From the NCBI GenBank assembly GCA_951406725.2, contig OX597827.1, forward strand, positions 38,130,001 through 38,194,000: 64,000 bases of DNA, written 5' to 3'. Of this stretch, positions 24,524 through 36,651 are shown in pieces; the stretch's first letter is position 1, and each line of letters opens with the position of its first letter. Both the position numbers and the translations under genes were made by a program. Origin of the DNA: Octopus vulgaris. Lineage: Eukaryota. The notes beneath the pieces were generated by a model. It was not told the origin of the DNA and searched no databases. It was given only the letters and a program-made list of their open reading frames with translations.

Positions 24524-24741
24524 CCACACACATACACATACACATACATATGTACATACACATACATATACACGCATTCGCATACATGCGTATATTCCTA
24601 CTAACACCCATACATTTCTATACATATATACAATACATATATACAAGTGTACACATACAATATGTGAATAGTCTTAGGAGAAAAGGTAATCGGGGGTGCT
24701 GGGGCAACGGTGGGGTTGGGGGGTTTGTGGGTGGGGTGTCG

Positions 24742-25489
24742 TCAATCGGGTTGCCGGGTGGGTCTATAGTTCTTGTAGTTTGCATAAATTTTATGCATGC
24801 AATTTGGGGAGTGTTCTGAGATCTTGTTGAGGAGAGGGCCTTTGGCGAACAAGATCTCTAGGCTCTCAGAAATGCAAAGGTCACAGCAGGTATGGCCTCC
24901 TGTGTACGAACGCGCCTTCTGTAGTAGTCTCCACTTGATCTTGAAGGGGATGGAGTTCCTTTTAAGGTACCAGATGTGGGCGGCGAGGGTAGTTTGGTTG
25001 GATTTATCGGGTCGCCGGAACGAGTGTGTGTGGGCGTACCAGCAGGTCTTAAAGCTGTTTGACGTCATTCCGATGTACGGTTTTCTTTTATCATCGGGGC
25101 CTGATCGTACCTCGCATGTATAGACGAGGTCCCTCTGTAGGCAGTTGTTGTTGAGGGGGCAAGTGGTTTTATCAGGGCAGTTGCAATTGCTATCGGATGT
25201 TGGATGGGCCTCGGAAAAAGTAGATATATTAAGTTTTTTCACGTTGTTGTTGGCTAGGTTCCTGGCTAGATTGGGCGTGGTAGAGTAGGAGAGTCTAATG
25301 GTGTTCTTATTTAGGATAGTATAGTACTTATGTTGGGTGGGGAAGTGTTTCTGTAGGAGAGTGAAGAAGATTTTAGCTACAGGTGTAGCGACCTCACGGT
25401 TGAAGGGGGGGTTGTACCAGCTAATGTGTCTTCGCCTATTTTTCCTGGGTTGGCGTGGGGCTATACTAGTATAGGTGATCTTACCTTTA
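24742..25489 (-). CDS. Penelope-like ORF remnant: post-RT linker, Cys motif and GIY-YIG endonuclease
   Basis: Open frame RRHISWYNPPF...HFP...IRLSYS...CNCPDKTTCPLNNNC...LVY...YIGMT...CDLCISE; truncated at the 5' end by the inversion. Confidence 0.85.
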
Positions 25490-25864
25490 AATGTGTATGC
25501 GTGTAGATATGAATCTGTAGGTACGCGTACGCATGTGCATATACGTGAATGTATGTATGTATGAATATAACACGTGCGTGTGTGTATGTGTATGAGTGTA
25601 CATGTGAGTGTGTGTGCGTGAGTGAGTGTTTGTGTTCGTATCAGTTAGTAGAAAGATAAATGGACTTTGACCATCCCTTGGGACAACAGCCCGGGATGGC
25701 TGACTGAGGTCAAGATAAAAATAAGATAAAAGTAATAATAAAATTAAAATAAGGGAATAAAATTGTGTGTGTATGTGTGTGCATGTATATGCATGTGTAT
25801 GTATGTATTTATATGTGCGAGTGTGTATATGTATGTGTGTGTGTGTGTATATATATGTATATAC

Positions 25865-25908
<44 letters not shown>

Positions 25909-26035
25909 GTATGGGTTTGTATGTGTATGCATATGTGTGTATGTGTGTGTATGTATGTATATGTACACATATGTGTATATGTGTGTGTATATGGACATGT
26001 GTGTGCATATATGTATGTATGTGTGTGTATGTCTG

Positions 26036-26106
<71 letters not shown>

Positions 26107-26330
26107 GAATATGTGGGTGTATATATATATGTATATGTATAAGTGAGAGTCTCCTTATTTACCTAAAACTCTATTTTTCTATTTATTCTTTTATCTACTT
26201 TACCACCGATTCCTTTGACCACTCCCCTAAGAATGATAGTTTTGCGCCATGCCTACCCCCAAAAAGTCCCCCACCACCACCCCTTTAAACCTGCCTAAAT
26301 GTATAAATGCCAAAACAACTCTTGTCAACT

Positions 26331-26381
26331 AGCTTCCTGATGATTTCTTTTGAATGAAACAGTTCTAGTCCTGTAGAAGCT
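26331..26381 (+). ncRNA. Type I hammerhead ribozyme (inverted pLTR copy)
   Basis: Same sequence as 22595-22645 on the plus strand; predicted cleavage after A26375. Confidence 0.78.
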
Positions 26382-26727
26382 CCTTCTATATAATATATAT
26401 ATATATATATATATAATGATGATGATGATGATGATGATGATGTTGATGATATGTGTGTGAGTGTATGTGTGTACTCTTGTCTTGACATCATGTGATGCTT
26501 GTAAAACAAGCAGTACTGTCATGCAAATGGTGTCACTTCTTTCCAATCTTCCATGAAAAATATGTCAGGCTATGGGGAAATATGCCTTGTTTGGAAACAG
26601 GAAGGGCATCTGGCCACAGAAAACCAACAGTAACAAACTCTGCCTAACCCATGCAAGCATGGAAAAAAATGTGAACATTAAATGGTGATGATGTTAACAC
26701 AATGAGATGATTGGGCAGTGATTTTAC

Positions 26728-26847
26728 CTTTTGGGAGCCCCAGCTGTTGAAGCTCATTGGAAAGTGTATCACTATCGACATCACATTTGGCTGCACTTCT
26801 GATGATGAAACACAGCGCAGCAATACTAGCCTTGATGTCGCCAATAT
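26728..26847 (-). CDS. COMMD4: COMMD4 exon 5 ([40 protein letters not shown])
   Basis: tttcag/gtaaaa; [12 protein letters not shown] is a COMMD4 signature. Confidence 0.96.
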
Positions 26848-27029
26848 CTGAAACATGACAAAAATAAAACAGATTTACTGAGGGATAAGTCAAAATAATT
26901 CTTACAACTAAACTTATTGACATAAACTGTTGAATATATTCTAGTAACAGTAAATAAACACTACCTCAAAGACATTTTCTCTTAGATTATGTAATATATA
27001 ATCACACCTTTTGGTAAACTAGGAGTGTC

Positions 27030-27350
27030 TGTCTGTATGCATGACTGGTACATTGTTTTATCAACTCCAGAAGGATGAAAGATAAAGCTGACCTCTTCAG
27101 GATTTGAACTCAGAATGTAAAATACTGCAAGGCATTTTGTCAGATGCGCTAACATTTCTGCCAATCCGCCACTCATATAATAACAATAATTCTTTCTAAT
27201 TTTGGCACAAGGCCTGAAACTTTGGGGTAGTGAGCTAGTTGATTACATTGACCAGAGAGCTCAACAAGTACTTATTGTACTGACTCTGAAAGGATAAAAA
27301 GCGAAGTCAACCCTGGCAGAATTTGGGCTCAGAACATAAAGTGTCGGAAG
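27030..27350 (-). mobile_element. Two tandem copies of a second SINE family
   Basis: Reverse complement of ggcggcgagctggcagaa...gttctgagttcaaattc...ctttcatcct. Confidence 0.7.
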
Positions 27351-27527
27351 AAATGCTGTTAAACAGTTTGCCTGGCATGCCTATGATTCTGCCAGCTTAC
27401 GGACTTAATAGTAAAAAGAATAATTTTTTTTAGATGGCATAATTTCATGCAATGTCAACCCCAACACTTGACTGGAACTTTATTTTATCAACTTCAGTGA
27501 ATGAAATGTAAATAATGATAAACTTAC

Positions 27528-27567
27528 CAAATTTTGCATCAGCAGTAATTTTTGCTACCTTTTCATA
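27528..27567 (-). CDS. COMMD4: COMMD4 exon 4 (YEKVAKITADAKF)
   Basis: tacag/gtaag; matches YEKILKLTADAKF. Confidence 0.93.
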
Positions 27568-28915
27568 CTGTACAGGAAACATAAATTAAAATAGTAAGAA
27601 TGTATTTCAGTATATTTTTGTATTATTTTAATATATTCAATATCAACAAGAATAAATACATTGAAAGTACTTTCACATAAAAGTTTACGAATGCAATACT
27701 GAAAATTTAACTTTACCGTCTTAGTAAAGGCTAAATGGAAAAGTTACTCTCTAAACTTCTATTCTGTAATATCTCAGCTCTAAAGTCAAACACTGTAGCA
27801 TCTAAATTTACATAATGAAAAGTATCACTACCTTGAATAACCCTTATTACAAGGTCACAGCAGTTTCTATTGTTTCCCAGTTTATATTATCCCTAAGTCC
27901 TTATGATTTTGTCACAAGCTCTTGTTTATTTGCTTTTTAGTATATCTTTACTATGTGTACCTTTTACCATATACACATCAATACAACTAGCTCTCCTGCA
28001 TGTGCTATCCAATATTTTCACAATTTGATAGCACCAACCTAAAATTTCATATACCTATTGCACATTCAATGAGCACAATATTCTTGACCACTTAATGAAG
28101 ATTTAATTTGGACTCAGAATTTTCACATGAAGTTAGAGCAAAGATAAATAGGTTAAACAGGAGAAGCAAGGCTTCTTATATTGTGATGAAAACTACTGAT
28201 CTAGGAGATATAAAACTAACATAGAGCTGACGGGAATCCTTCATCAAATAACATAACTGTTTTAGTACTGGTATTATTACTAACATGGCCAGTTGTAAAG
28301 TTCTAGCCAATAAATTATATTATCATTATCATTCTGTCACACAAAGCATTTCATTAAGGTATTTAAAAAAGTAAAAATCAGTATTCAATTTTAAAAATAG
28401 CAATATTTCAGTAAAGACAAACATGCACACGCACGCACATATTTATATACTCCCTACTTTGACCCTTTTTCATCTTCGCAAACTCCTTACTCATGTACCC
28501 TTAGCGATCTTCTACCATTCCATTTATATTCATATCCTTCCACTTTGAGAGCATGTCTGGGCACATTGCCGCTATCTCTCTCAGTTTCCCTACTTCTGAC
28601 TAGGGTAGCCTTGCATCTCCTTTACAGAAAAACACCTATTTCTGTACTTTTATCATAGTTTAACCTCTCATCACTTGGCACAAAGCCACCTCTCTGTTGA
28701 GGGATCTTTGTCTTGCAAGTTACTTGGTGACCTCACTTGTGCTAGTGCCATGTAAAAAGCACCCAGTCCACTCTGTGAAGTAGTTGATGTTAGGAAGGAT
28801 ATCCAGCTGTAAAACCATGCCAAAGCTGATAATTTCGTAATTCTCTTAGAATTACTTCTGACCACAGATTATAAAACATTAGGGGGAGGGGGTGATTTGA
28901 TAATTTATTCACATA

Positions 28916-29055
28916 GGCATAGGAGTGGCTGTGTGGTAAGTAGCTTGCTTACCAACCACATGGTCCCGGTTTCAGTCCCACTGCGTGGCACCTTGGGCAA
29001 GTGTCTTCTACTATAGCCTCGGGCCGACCAAAGCCTTGTGAGTGAAGCCTTCGTA

Positions 29056-29099
<44 letters not shown>

Positions 29100-29404
29100 G
29101 GTTTGAAAATGAATTAAAACGGAAACTGAAAGAAGCCTGTCGTATATATGTATATATACATTGATATATATATATATATATAATTATGCATTCAAAAAAG
29201 TTTTTTACATAATTGTCACATTGGATATTATGAATTCAAAATGTTTTTTTATACATAATTGTCACATTATTTGGGAAAATTTGGCTGCATGAATGATTTT
29301 GGGGTTATCAGGAGGTTAGTATGCGGGTGTGAATAGATGTGTCCGTGCCTGCTGGTCAGACAGCGTCTGTTTGTCACACACATATATATACACACTATAT
29401 ATAA

Positions 29405-29449
<45 letters not shown>

Positions 29450-29650
29450 TTGTGAGTCTGTGTTTGTCCCCTCAACATCGCTTGACAACTGATGCTGGTG
29501 TGTTTACGTCCCCGTAACTTAGCGGTTCAGCAAAAGAGACTGATAGAATAAGTACTGGGCTTACAAAGAATAAGTCCCAGGGTCGATTTGCTCAACTAAA
29601 GGTGGTGCTCCAGCATGGCCGCAGTCAAATGACTGAAACAAGTAAAAGAG
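28916..29650 (+). mobile_element. tRNA-derived SINE, interrupted or rearranged in its microsatellite region
   Basis: Head at 28916 and tail at 29440-29650 match the 21045 SINE; duplicated gaagcc..tcgtatatat blocks. Confidence 0.75.
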
Positions 29651-29652
29651 AG

Positions 29653-30290
29653 GGTATACCTCGTAACTTCACCTGGTTTCTTATAGGAATGGTATAATCC
29701 TGAGTTAATGTCTAATGTAGTATCTAAGAAATTTTCCACCTTTGTGCCGTATTCAAAAGTAATACCTAAGCTGAAGCTTTTAAAAAATTTTCTAATTATT
29801 TTCCTTATTCTTTCTCTGACTGATTTGTTGTCGCTAGAGATAATAAACAGAACATCATCATCATCATCTCTATATAAACTTCCCTGCAATTCAGGGATTA
29901 AGGCACTTTAAAAGATATGCACCAACTAGGTTAGTGATTTCAGCCAAATCACTCGAGCCCATAACTATATTGAAATTATCAGGGAGACCTTATCCATAGT
30001 TTACCCTCAAATTCTATGATAGCCTTCCTGACTAAAATAATGTCAATTTTATCCCTAGTTATGAGAGAGAGGTTTGTTTGCAAAAATTAGAGATTTGTTA
30101 AGAAGAATAGGAGATATACTAGAATAACTGTTAATATCAAATTGAATAAACAAATAATTATGTATATTATCAATGGATTTAAATCAATTTATCACTTCAT
30201 CAGTATCAAACCATAATTTGAGAGATAGACTAGGAATTATTAGGGGTAGTGTAGTATCCAGAATAGATTTAGTAAGTCAGCTGATTAAAA
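29653..30290 (-). mobile_element. Penelope-like reverse transcriptase fragment
   Basis: LYRDD motif and NFLDTTLDINSGLYHSYKKP, typical of the Penelope RT C-terminal part; degenerate. Confidence 0.7.
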
Positions 30291-30881
30291 TTCTATTTAT
30301 TTATTTGTGCAGCTGAGGATAGCCCTGCATTTAAATTGGTGTAATGATTGCATTGTTCAATTAAATGGGGCCACTTGAAATGGTCGTACTGCATCACTTC
30401 TCGATATCCTGTTGCTTATTTTGATGTGTGTGTGTATATATACCATCGTTTTTTTCATCATCATTTTAACATCCACTTTTCTATTTTGCATGTGGTTGGC
30501 CAGAGTTTATTGATAGAGTGTTCATGCCCAGATGCCCTTCCTGTTACCAACTGTTACCTGTTTTCCAGCAATGTAATATCTTCCCATGGTCAGACATGTT
30601 TATGCAGAATAGTGGAAATGAATGACATTCATTTACAGTACACAATGTCAAACAAGGAGACACAAACATACATGATGGACTTCTTTCAGTTTCCATCTAC
30701 CAAATCCACTCTCACAAGGCTTTGGTCAACCCAAGGCTATAAGAGAAGACACCTTTCCAGGGTATCATGCAATGGGACTGAACCTGAAATTATGTGGTTG
30801 GAAAGAAAACTTCTTAATCACACACCAATGCCTGCATCTATATATATAAAATGCATGCATGTGTAAATGTATAATACTCAC

Positions 30882-30947
30882 ATCAATGTTTGCTGTCAAG
30901 ATACTACTGATAACTTGAGCACACAAGAGTCTCATCTTAACAGATGT
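30882..30947 (-). CDS. COMMD4: COMMD4 exon 3 (TSVKMRLLCAQVISSILTANID)
   Basis: tttcag/gtgagt; matches SSVKLRLLCSQV...GID. Confidence 0.94.
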
Positions 30948-31425
30948 CTGAAAATAGATAAGAGAACAAGGATTATATTAGTAAAGAAATGAAATAGAGC
31001 AAAGATAAAATTAATACTAACAAATGCAACCACACATTATAATGGTTATTTTTTCTGGCTTGATATCAAACTAAATTACTTATATCCTTATGAATAAACA
31101 AATATACTGCAACAGTATAATAACAATATAATTGAAACAAACAGCAGTAACCAAATGGAACATAACAACAATCTTTTAAGAATCAACAATCCAACATGTT
31201 AACTTGAACTATCAACTCAGACCACTACTATTTATATGCAGTGGTCCAGTCCATTCTCACCAGGGAGCATTGTACTCTCACACAACATCTCCCCTTTTGA
31301 GATTTCATGTTACAAAGGAATAAAGAAATTTTTTATTTATATTTATTTATATATATATATATATTTGTTTTAAGTATCTCTCTCACTTGGACATTATCTC
31401 AAGGTGTTTGGTCTGCTTTCTTTTT

Positions 31426-32427
31426 CTCGTAGTGAAACATGGGCTGTGACTGCTGAGGATATGCGTAAGCTCGCAAGAAATGAAGCCAGTATGCTCCGAT
31501 GGATGTGTAATGTCAGTGTTCATAATCGTCAGAGTGTAAGTACCTTGAGAGAAAAGTTGAACCTAAGAAGGGTCAGTTGTGGTGTGCAAGAGAGATGGCT
31601 GCGCTGGTATGGTCATGTGACGAGAATGGCTGAAGATAGTTGTGTGCAAAAGTGCTACACCCTAGCAGTTGAGGGAACCTGTGGAAGAGGTAGACCCAGG
31701 AAAACCTGGGACGAGGTGGTGAAGCACGACCTTCGAACTTTAGGTCTCACCAAGGAAATAACTAGAGACCGAGACCTATGGAAGTATGCTGTGCGTGAGA
31801 AGACCCGGCAAGACTAGTCAGGCCATAACACATGGCCCCTACCTGGGACGTAGTCAGTCCACCTGTGCATACCTTCCTTCTTGTGACACTTGTGAAGACC
31901 TGTTGAGGCAAGTGAAAATCAAATCAAATCAAAACAAATCAAAATAGATGAACATCAATGGAATTTGTATCTTTGTGGTACCAGTGCCGGTGGCACACAA
32001 GAAAACCATCCGAACGTGGCCGTAGCCAGTACCGCATCGACTGGCCTCCGTGCTGTGGGCACATAACAAACACCATCCGATCGTGGCCGTTCGCCAGCCT
32101 CATCTGGCACCTGTGTCGGTGGCACATAAAAACACCATCTGAGCGTGGCCGTCTGCCAGCCTCGTCTGGCACCTGTGTCGGTGGCACATAAAAAACACCA
32201 TCCGAGCGTGGCCGTTCGCCAGCCTCGTCTGGCACCTGTGTCGGTGGCACATAAAATCATCCACTACACTCTCGGAGTGGTTGGCGTTAGGAAGGGCATC
32301 CAGCTGTAGAAACACTGCCAGATCTGACTGGCCTGGTGCAGCCTTCGGGCTCCCCAGACCCCAGTTGAACCGTCCAACCCATGCTAGCATGGAAAGCGGA
32401 CGTTAAATGATGATGATGATGATGATG
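31426..32427 (+). mobile_element. RTE-LINE 3' end (ORF C-terminus, 3' UTR with ~57-bp VNTR, (GAT)n tail)
   Basis: SETW...MLRW...LRWYGHV...GRGRPRKTWDEVV; tandem ctggcacctgtgtcggtggcacataaaa units; GAT tail. Confidence 0.9.
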
Positions 32428-32529
32428 CTGGTTCTATAGTACTCTACTACTTTTGGTACTGGTCCATTGAATATTTCACAAAATACTTCCATGGGAATCT
32501 TGTGCAAGCCTCTTCCTTGGTTTATATGT

Positions 32530-33440
32530 CTCATGTTTACCCTTTAATTAGATACATCATACTTTCAATTTTTCTAGTAACAAGACTATCTTCCCAGCCT
32601 TCTTTACTGTTTCTATAGGTTTTGAAATGCACTTTATCACCTATCTCGACGTATATTGTTGGCTCTTTCATATTTCCTTTATGTCATTTTTCCCTGGTAA
32701 TAGCTTATTAAAAATGGGTTTTATTCTTCTTCTGAACATCAATTCTGTGGGAAACTTTCCAGAATTTGTACTTGGATTGGTGTGGGGGGGGGATCACTCT
32801 CTATATTTTTAAGAAATTTGTCAGTGCTTCATTGTTACATAATTCATTCCTTGTTTTTCTCAATGCTCTTTTAAAAGTGTCCACAAATCTTTCTACCTGC
32901 CTGATTGACCTCGGGTGGTAGGGTGGAGTGAAAATATGCATTTTCGCACATCTTTTACAGTAGTTCTTGAATTCATACCCAGAGAATTGTGTTCTGTTGT
33001 CTGAAACTAGTGTGTCAGGAACACCATATCGCACAAACAATTCCTATAAGAACTATATAATTGTTTTACTTAGAGGTTGGTCTATAGCACCTGCAGACCT
33101 CTGGCCACCTAGTACAGCTATCTACTATGATTAGGTAGTAAGTACCATTTAGCGGTCCAGCATAGTCAATATGTAACCTAGACCATGGGTTCTCCATCTC
33201 TGGCCATGATTGATATTTTACTGGTGGGGCGTTGGCCTTGAGCGCACATCCTCAGCATGTTCTCACCAAGTTTTTGATATCTCAGTCTATAGATGGCCAA
33301 TAGACATAACTCCTCATCAGAGCTTTCATCCTTGCCATTTTGGGATGTCTGCTGTGAAACTGTTGCAAGATACCTTTTTGTAATGTAGTTGGTGCCACCA
33401 CTCTTTGGGCATACATCAGAATATTGTCACAAATTGAAAA
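32530..33440 (-). mobile_element. Gypsy/Ty3 LTR retrotransposon integrase fragment
   Basis: RYGVPDTLVSDN.TQF...TPPYHPRS..QVERFVDTFKRAL; upstream H.GHPKMARMKALMRSYVYWP zinc-binding region. Confidence 0.85.
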
Positions 33441-34280
33441 ACTACTGGCATCTGAATTTTAATTCTGTTTATTTTTTAACAGAATTAAAAAATGTTTTTA
33501 TAACCTAAATGATATAAAACTTCAGTTAGTCAACACCAGCCATAATACATAAAATTTCAAGTATTTTATTTAGTCCCTCCAATCTTGACTATTTTGAAAA
33601 TTAATAACACATTAGCAATATAATTACAAAAGGATTAGGATGGAGGCATAGTTTTGTATGACCTTTTTAAAATTTCTCAGATATAATTCCATATTTTTTA
33701 CTGTTACTACAACAAACAGCCCCTCCAAACTTTGAGACTGTATTCTACAAGCTTAAAAGTATTTGTTGCATCAATTTGTTACACTTGCTCCATTTTCTCT
33801 TAAATCCTGCAACTATTCATATCTGAAGTTGACTAAAAGGTGTTTCATTCTTCAGTCAGACGGTTTTTTTTTTCAGACATAGTTTATGTAATTTACTATC
33901 CAAGATGTCCTACTTTTTTAGATGGTAGAATGTGATGTGAAAAACATTTGAATGATATTTCAAGTAAGTCAAATAATCACATAGCAGTTCTGTTGTTGGT
34001 TCAATTATTGTACCCTTTTTAAAAATATTTTTTACATCTAGATGAATTATGAGATTAAGGGCAATCCAGTTCAGCATGAGTCCTCTATCAGTCGATGGTT
34101 GAGCATCCTCAAAGAAAGCTGGCTATCTGCCTTCGTAACAGACAACCGGGACCGTCAAACATTTACAAGATTTATATTAACCTCATTGCTCCCTTTCCAT
34201 TTTTCATACCGATTTATTGATAGTCTCTTATTACACAAAAATTTAACAAAAAAAAAAAATAATAAAAATTTGATAGTCAC

Positions 34281-34352
34281 CAATTTAGATAGGATATTTA
34301 TCTCCGCAAGAACCCAATCTGGGCAGTCAAGGTCTCCACAAAATCGGAATTT
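34281..34352 (-). CDS. COMMD4: COMMD4 exon 2 ([24 protein letters not shown])
   Basis: ttctag/gtgact; near-identical to the COMMD4 N-terminus [18 protein letters not shown]. Confidence 0.96.
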
Positions 34353-35104
34353 CTAGAAAGAAATAAAAGGAAGAAAGCAAACTAGAATACTATGAAAATT
34401 AAAGAAGCTTGTGTTTGTGTCTGTTTCTATTCGTTTTTAATTATTTTATTTCCCAACAATTTATTTGAAAGCAGTATCAAATGTGATGTTGGGACTAGTG
34501 ACTTTTACTGATGAAAGTCTTTTTTACAGTTAATCACTCAACTAACACTATACAGTAGAACAGTGCAAATATTTTTAACTGACAAAATGGAAGTGAAAAG
34601 AATAACATATCTTTCCTCGGAATACCCTACCTCACACCTACTTACTGATTAGATTAGGTTAACACAGAAAAGTTGACACACACACACACATATATACATA
34701 TACATTAGTGGAGGTGGCAGCTCCTTCCTGTTTCTGAATATTTCTTTCTTTCTTTGTGCTTCCCCATTTATAGCTGGCAAGATTGATTTTTGCATAGAAC
34801 GAGTGTCCAGAGAGGTCATATTTGATAGCTTGCAGAGGGCTTATTTGGAGTTAGTAAGTCTTTAGCCATTTATCTTCTACATTTCTTCAAGAATGTTTTT
34901 CAAAGCGCCACGTTGTTCTGTCTTCTACGTGTTGCTTCTGGGATTAAGGATCGATGTTGGTGTTCTTCATCGTCTGTTTCTGTTGATCTTCGTAGCATCA
35001 CATGGAGCAGTCATGTGGTCTCTAAACAGTGCTGAATCCGATGTGACATGGCAATCTGGTACATATTCGTGCAGTGGACACTGTATGACTATCCATAGAT
35101 AGAT

Positions 35105-35142
<38 letters not shown>

Positions 35143-35888
35143 CATCGTCATTTAAAGTCCACTTTACCATGCTTGCATAGGTCAGATGCAATTTTTTTGG
35201 ACAGATTTCCTACAACCAGGCCCATCACTTGTTTCCAAGCAAGGTAAAGCTAATATATAAATATTGTATGATGAAGATACTCGTTTAGAAACCGCCACAT
35301 AAAGTCAAGACAATGGTACAATACACGCATCTGTATACACATATATTAACAGAAGTCATAGAGTGAATCAAGGGTTGAGTTTTGGTCCTTGGGTCACTTT
35401 TGCAGATAATATATATTATTCTTATGCAAGAATAATAAATTTGTTCCCTACCATAGTATAGAATAACCCAATGGATTAATGTAAAATTGTTTCTATTATA
35501 TATCCGCCTCCCGGACAGTTACGTTTCAGACAGTAAGATGGACAAATATATTAACATATTCCAATATCTTCCCGTTCTACCATTTTAGCTTGTATAAGAG
35601 CCGTGCAGTAAAAGTAAGATTTCTGTGAGACTTGGTTTTGATTCTCTGTTAAAACCCGGTCATTTACACAATATTTCATTTCCTGTCTTGCACATATCGG
35701 TAAAGACGGCGAAATGCGAAATACTAAGAATGTATTTATCTAAATTAAAAAAGTATAATTAAAATGAATGAAACACCAGAGGCTGATAAACTAAGATTGT
35801 CTCCCATAAAGAAATAGAAATAACGCAAAGAAAACAGCAAAATCTTAAAAATAAAAATATGTAATTCTCACTAAGACAGTTTACTCAC

Positions 35889-35891
35889 CAT
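35889..35891 (-). CDS. COMMD4: COMMD4 exon 1 coding part (ATG only)
   Basis: aaacATG followed directly by a gtgagt donor; joins exon 2 in phase 0; total CDS 606 nt (201 aa). Confidence 0.82.
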
Positions 35892-36651
35892 GTTTCAAAC
35901 TGGAATCAACAACTCCCACAACTTCCGCTTAAACTTATCCTGCAGTAAATGGTTGAACTATCGTCTGCTACAAATAATATAAGTTTTATGAAAATAAAAT
36001 GAAAAACAGAACAAAAACAATGGATTTTCAAAATACATTTGTACTAATTGGTACTAAAAGTAAGTTCTAAAATATTTTAATAAATTTTCTTCTCAGAAAT
36101 GTATTACGGATTTTAGAATTTAGCTTTCTGGTAATCACACGCATACACACACGCACGCACACACACACTAAAACATGCAGTATAGAGATTCTATAAATAT
36201 TCAAGTAGTAACGTGTGTGTGTTTGTGTGTATAATGACGTTGATTGTAAATATCAATAATGATATAGTGAGCGCAGAAACTTTGATAATCTGCTAATATG
36301 CTAACAATTAGGCAATTAATAAAAAATATCCCACTAGGGGTGTATTTAAAATCTAAAAGTAACAAATAAAAGACGCACTCTTCGGCTTTAGTAAACAGGA
36401 AGAACACATTTGACAATGTAGCCCTACATATCCAAAAAGACGGAATAAACACGGCGAGGATGTTTTCGATCATAGGCCTTATTTTAGTCTAAACAACAAC
36501 GCCAACAAATGCAAATATTTTTGTACTCATTTAGAAATAACACTTGCTATGGTTTATTTTGGAGTCAACAGTTGCTGCGAAATAGCTACAGATACACTTC
36601 CGTCAGAGACAGAGAGATTTAGTCATTGAATGTTTTTGCTGTCTTCGCAAG
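35892..36651. promoter_or_regulatory. Bidirectional promoter of COMMD4 and MRPL9, with a putative non-coding MRPL9 exon 1 ending at 36651
   Basis: Head-to-head genes; CpG locally retained; ETS-like ACTTCCG at 35921 and 36596; donor caag/gtcagt at 36651/36652. Confidence 0.65.

Larger units (their letters stand above)
22509..26392 (-). mobile_element. Penelope-like retroelement (Neptune-type), 5'-truncated, with inverted pseudo-LTR
   Basis: GIY-YIG ORF on the minus strand; ~900-bp inverted repeats (about 22584-23493 vs 25491-26392); hammerhead motif in each arm; inserted in (TA)n within COMMD4 intron 5. Confidence 0.9.

Noticed and set aside
22831-26146. Many long ORFs rich in Y/I/C/V/M/H/T
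   Set aside because: They are translations of (TA)n/(CA)n microsatellite mosaics, which lack stop codons by composition.
30348-30866. 172-aa ORF
   Set aside because: It is made of SINE and RTE-tail fragments antisense within a COMMD4 intron and shows no domain signal.
31939-32390. Overlapping ORFs with repeated peptides; CRISPR-like look of the ~57-bp units
   Set aside because: This is a VNTR in a LINE 3' UTR; the units are contiguous with no unique spacers.
34800-35095. GC-richer segment as an extra COMMD4 exon
   Set aside because: It has stops, is not needed for the COMMD4 frame, and looks more like a decayed LINE endonuclease/linker piece.
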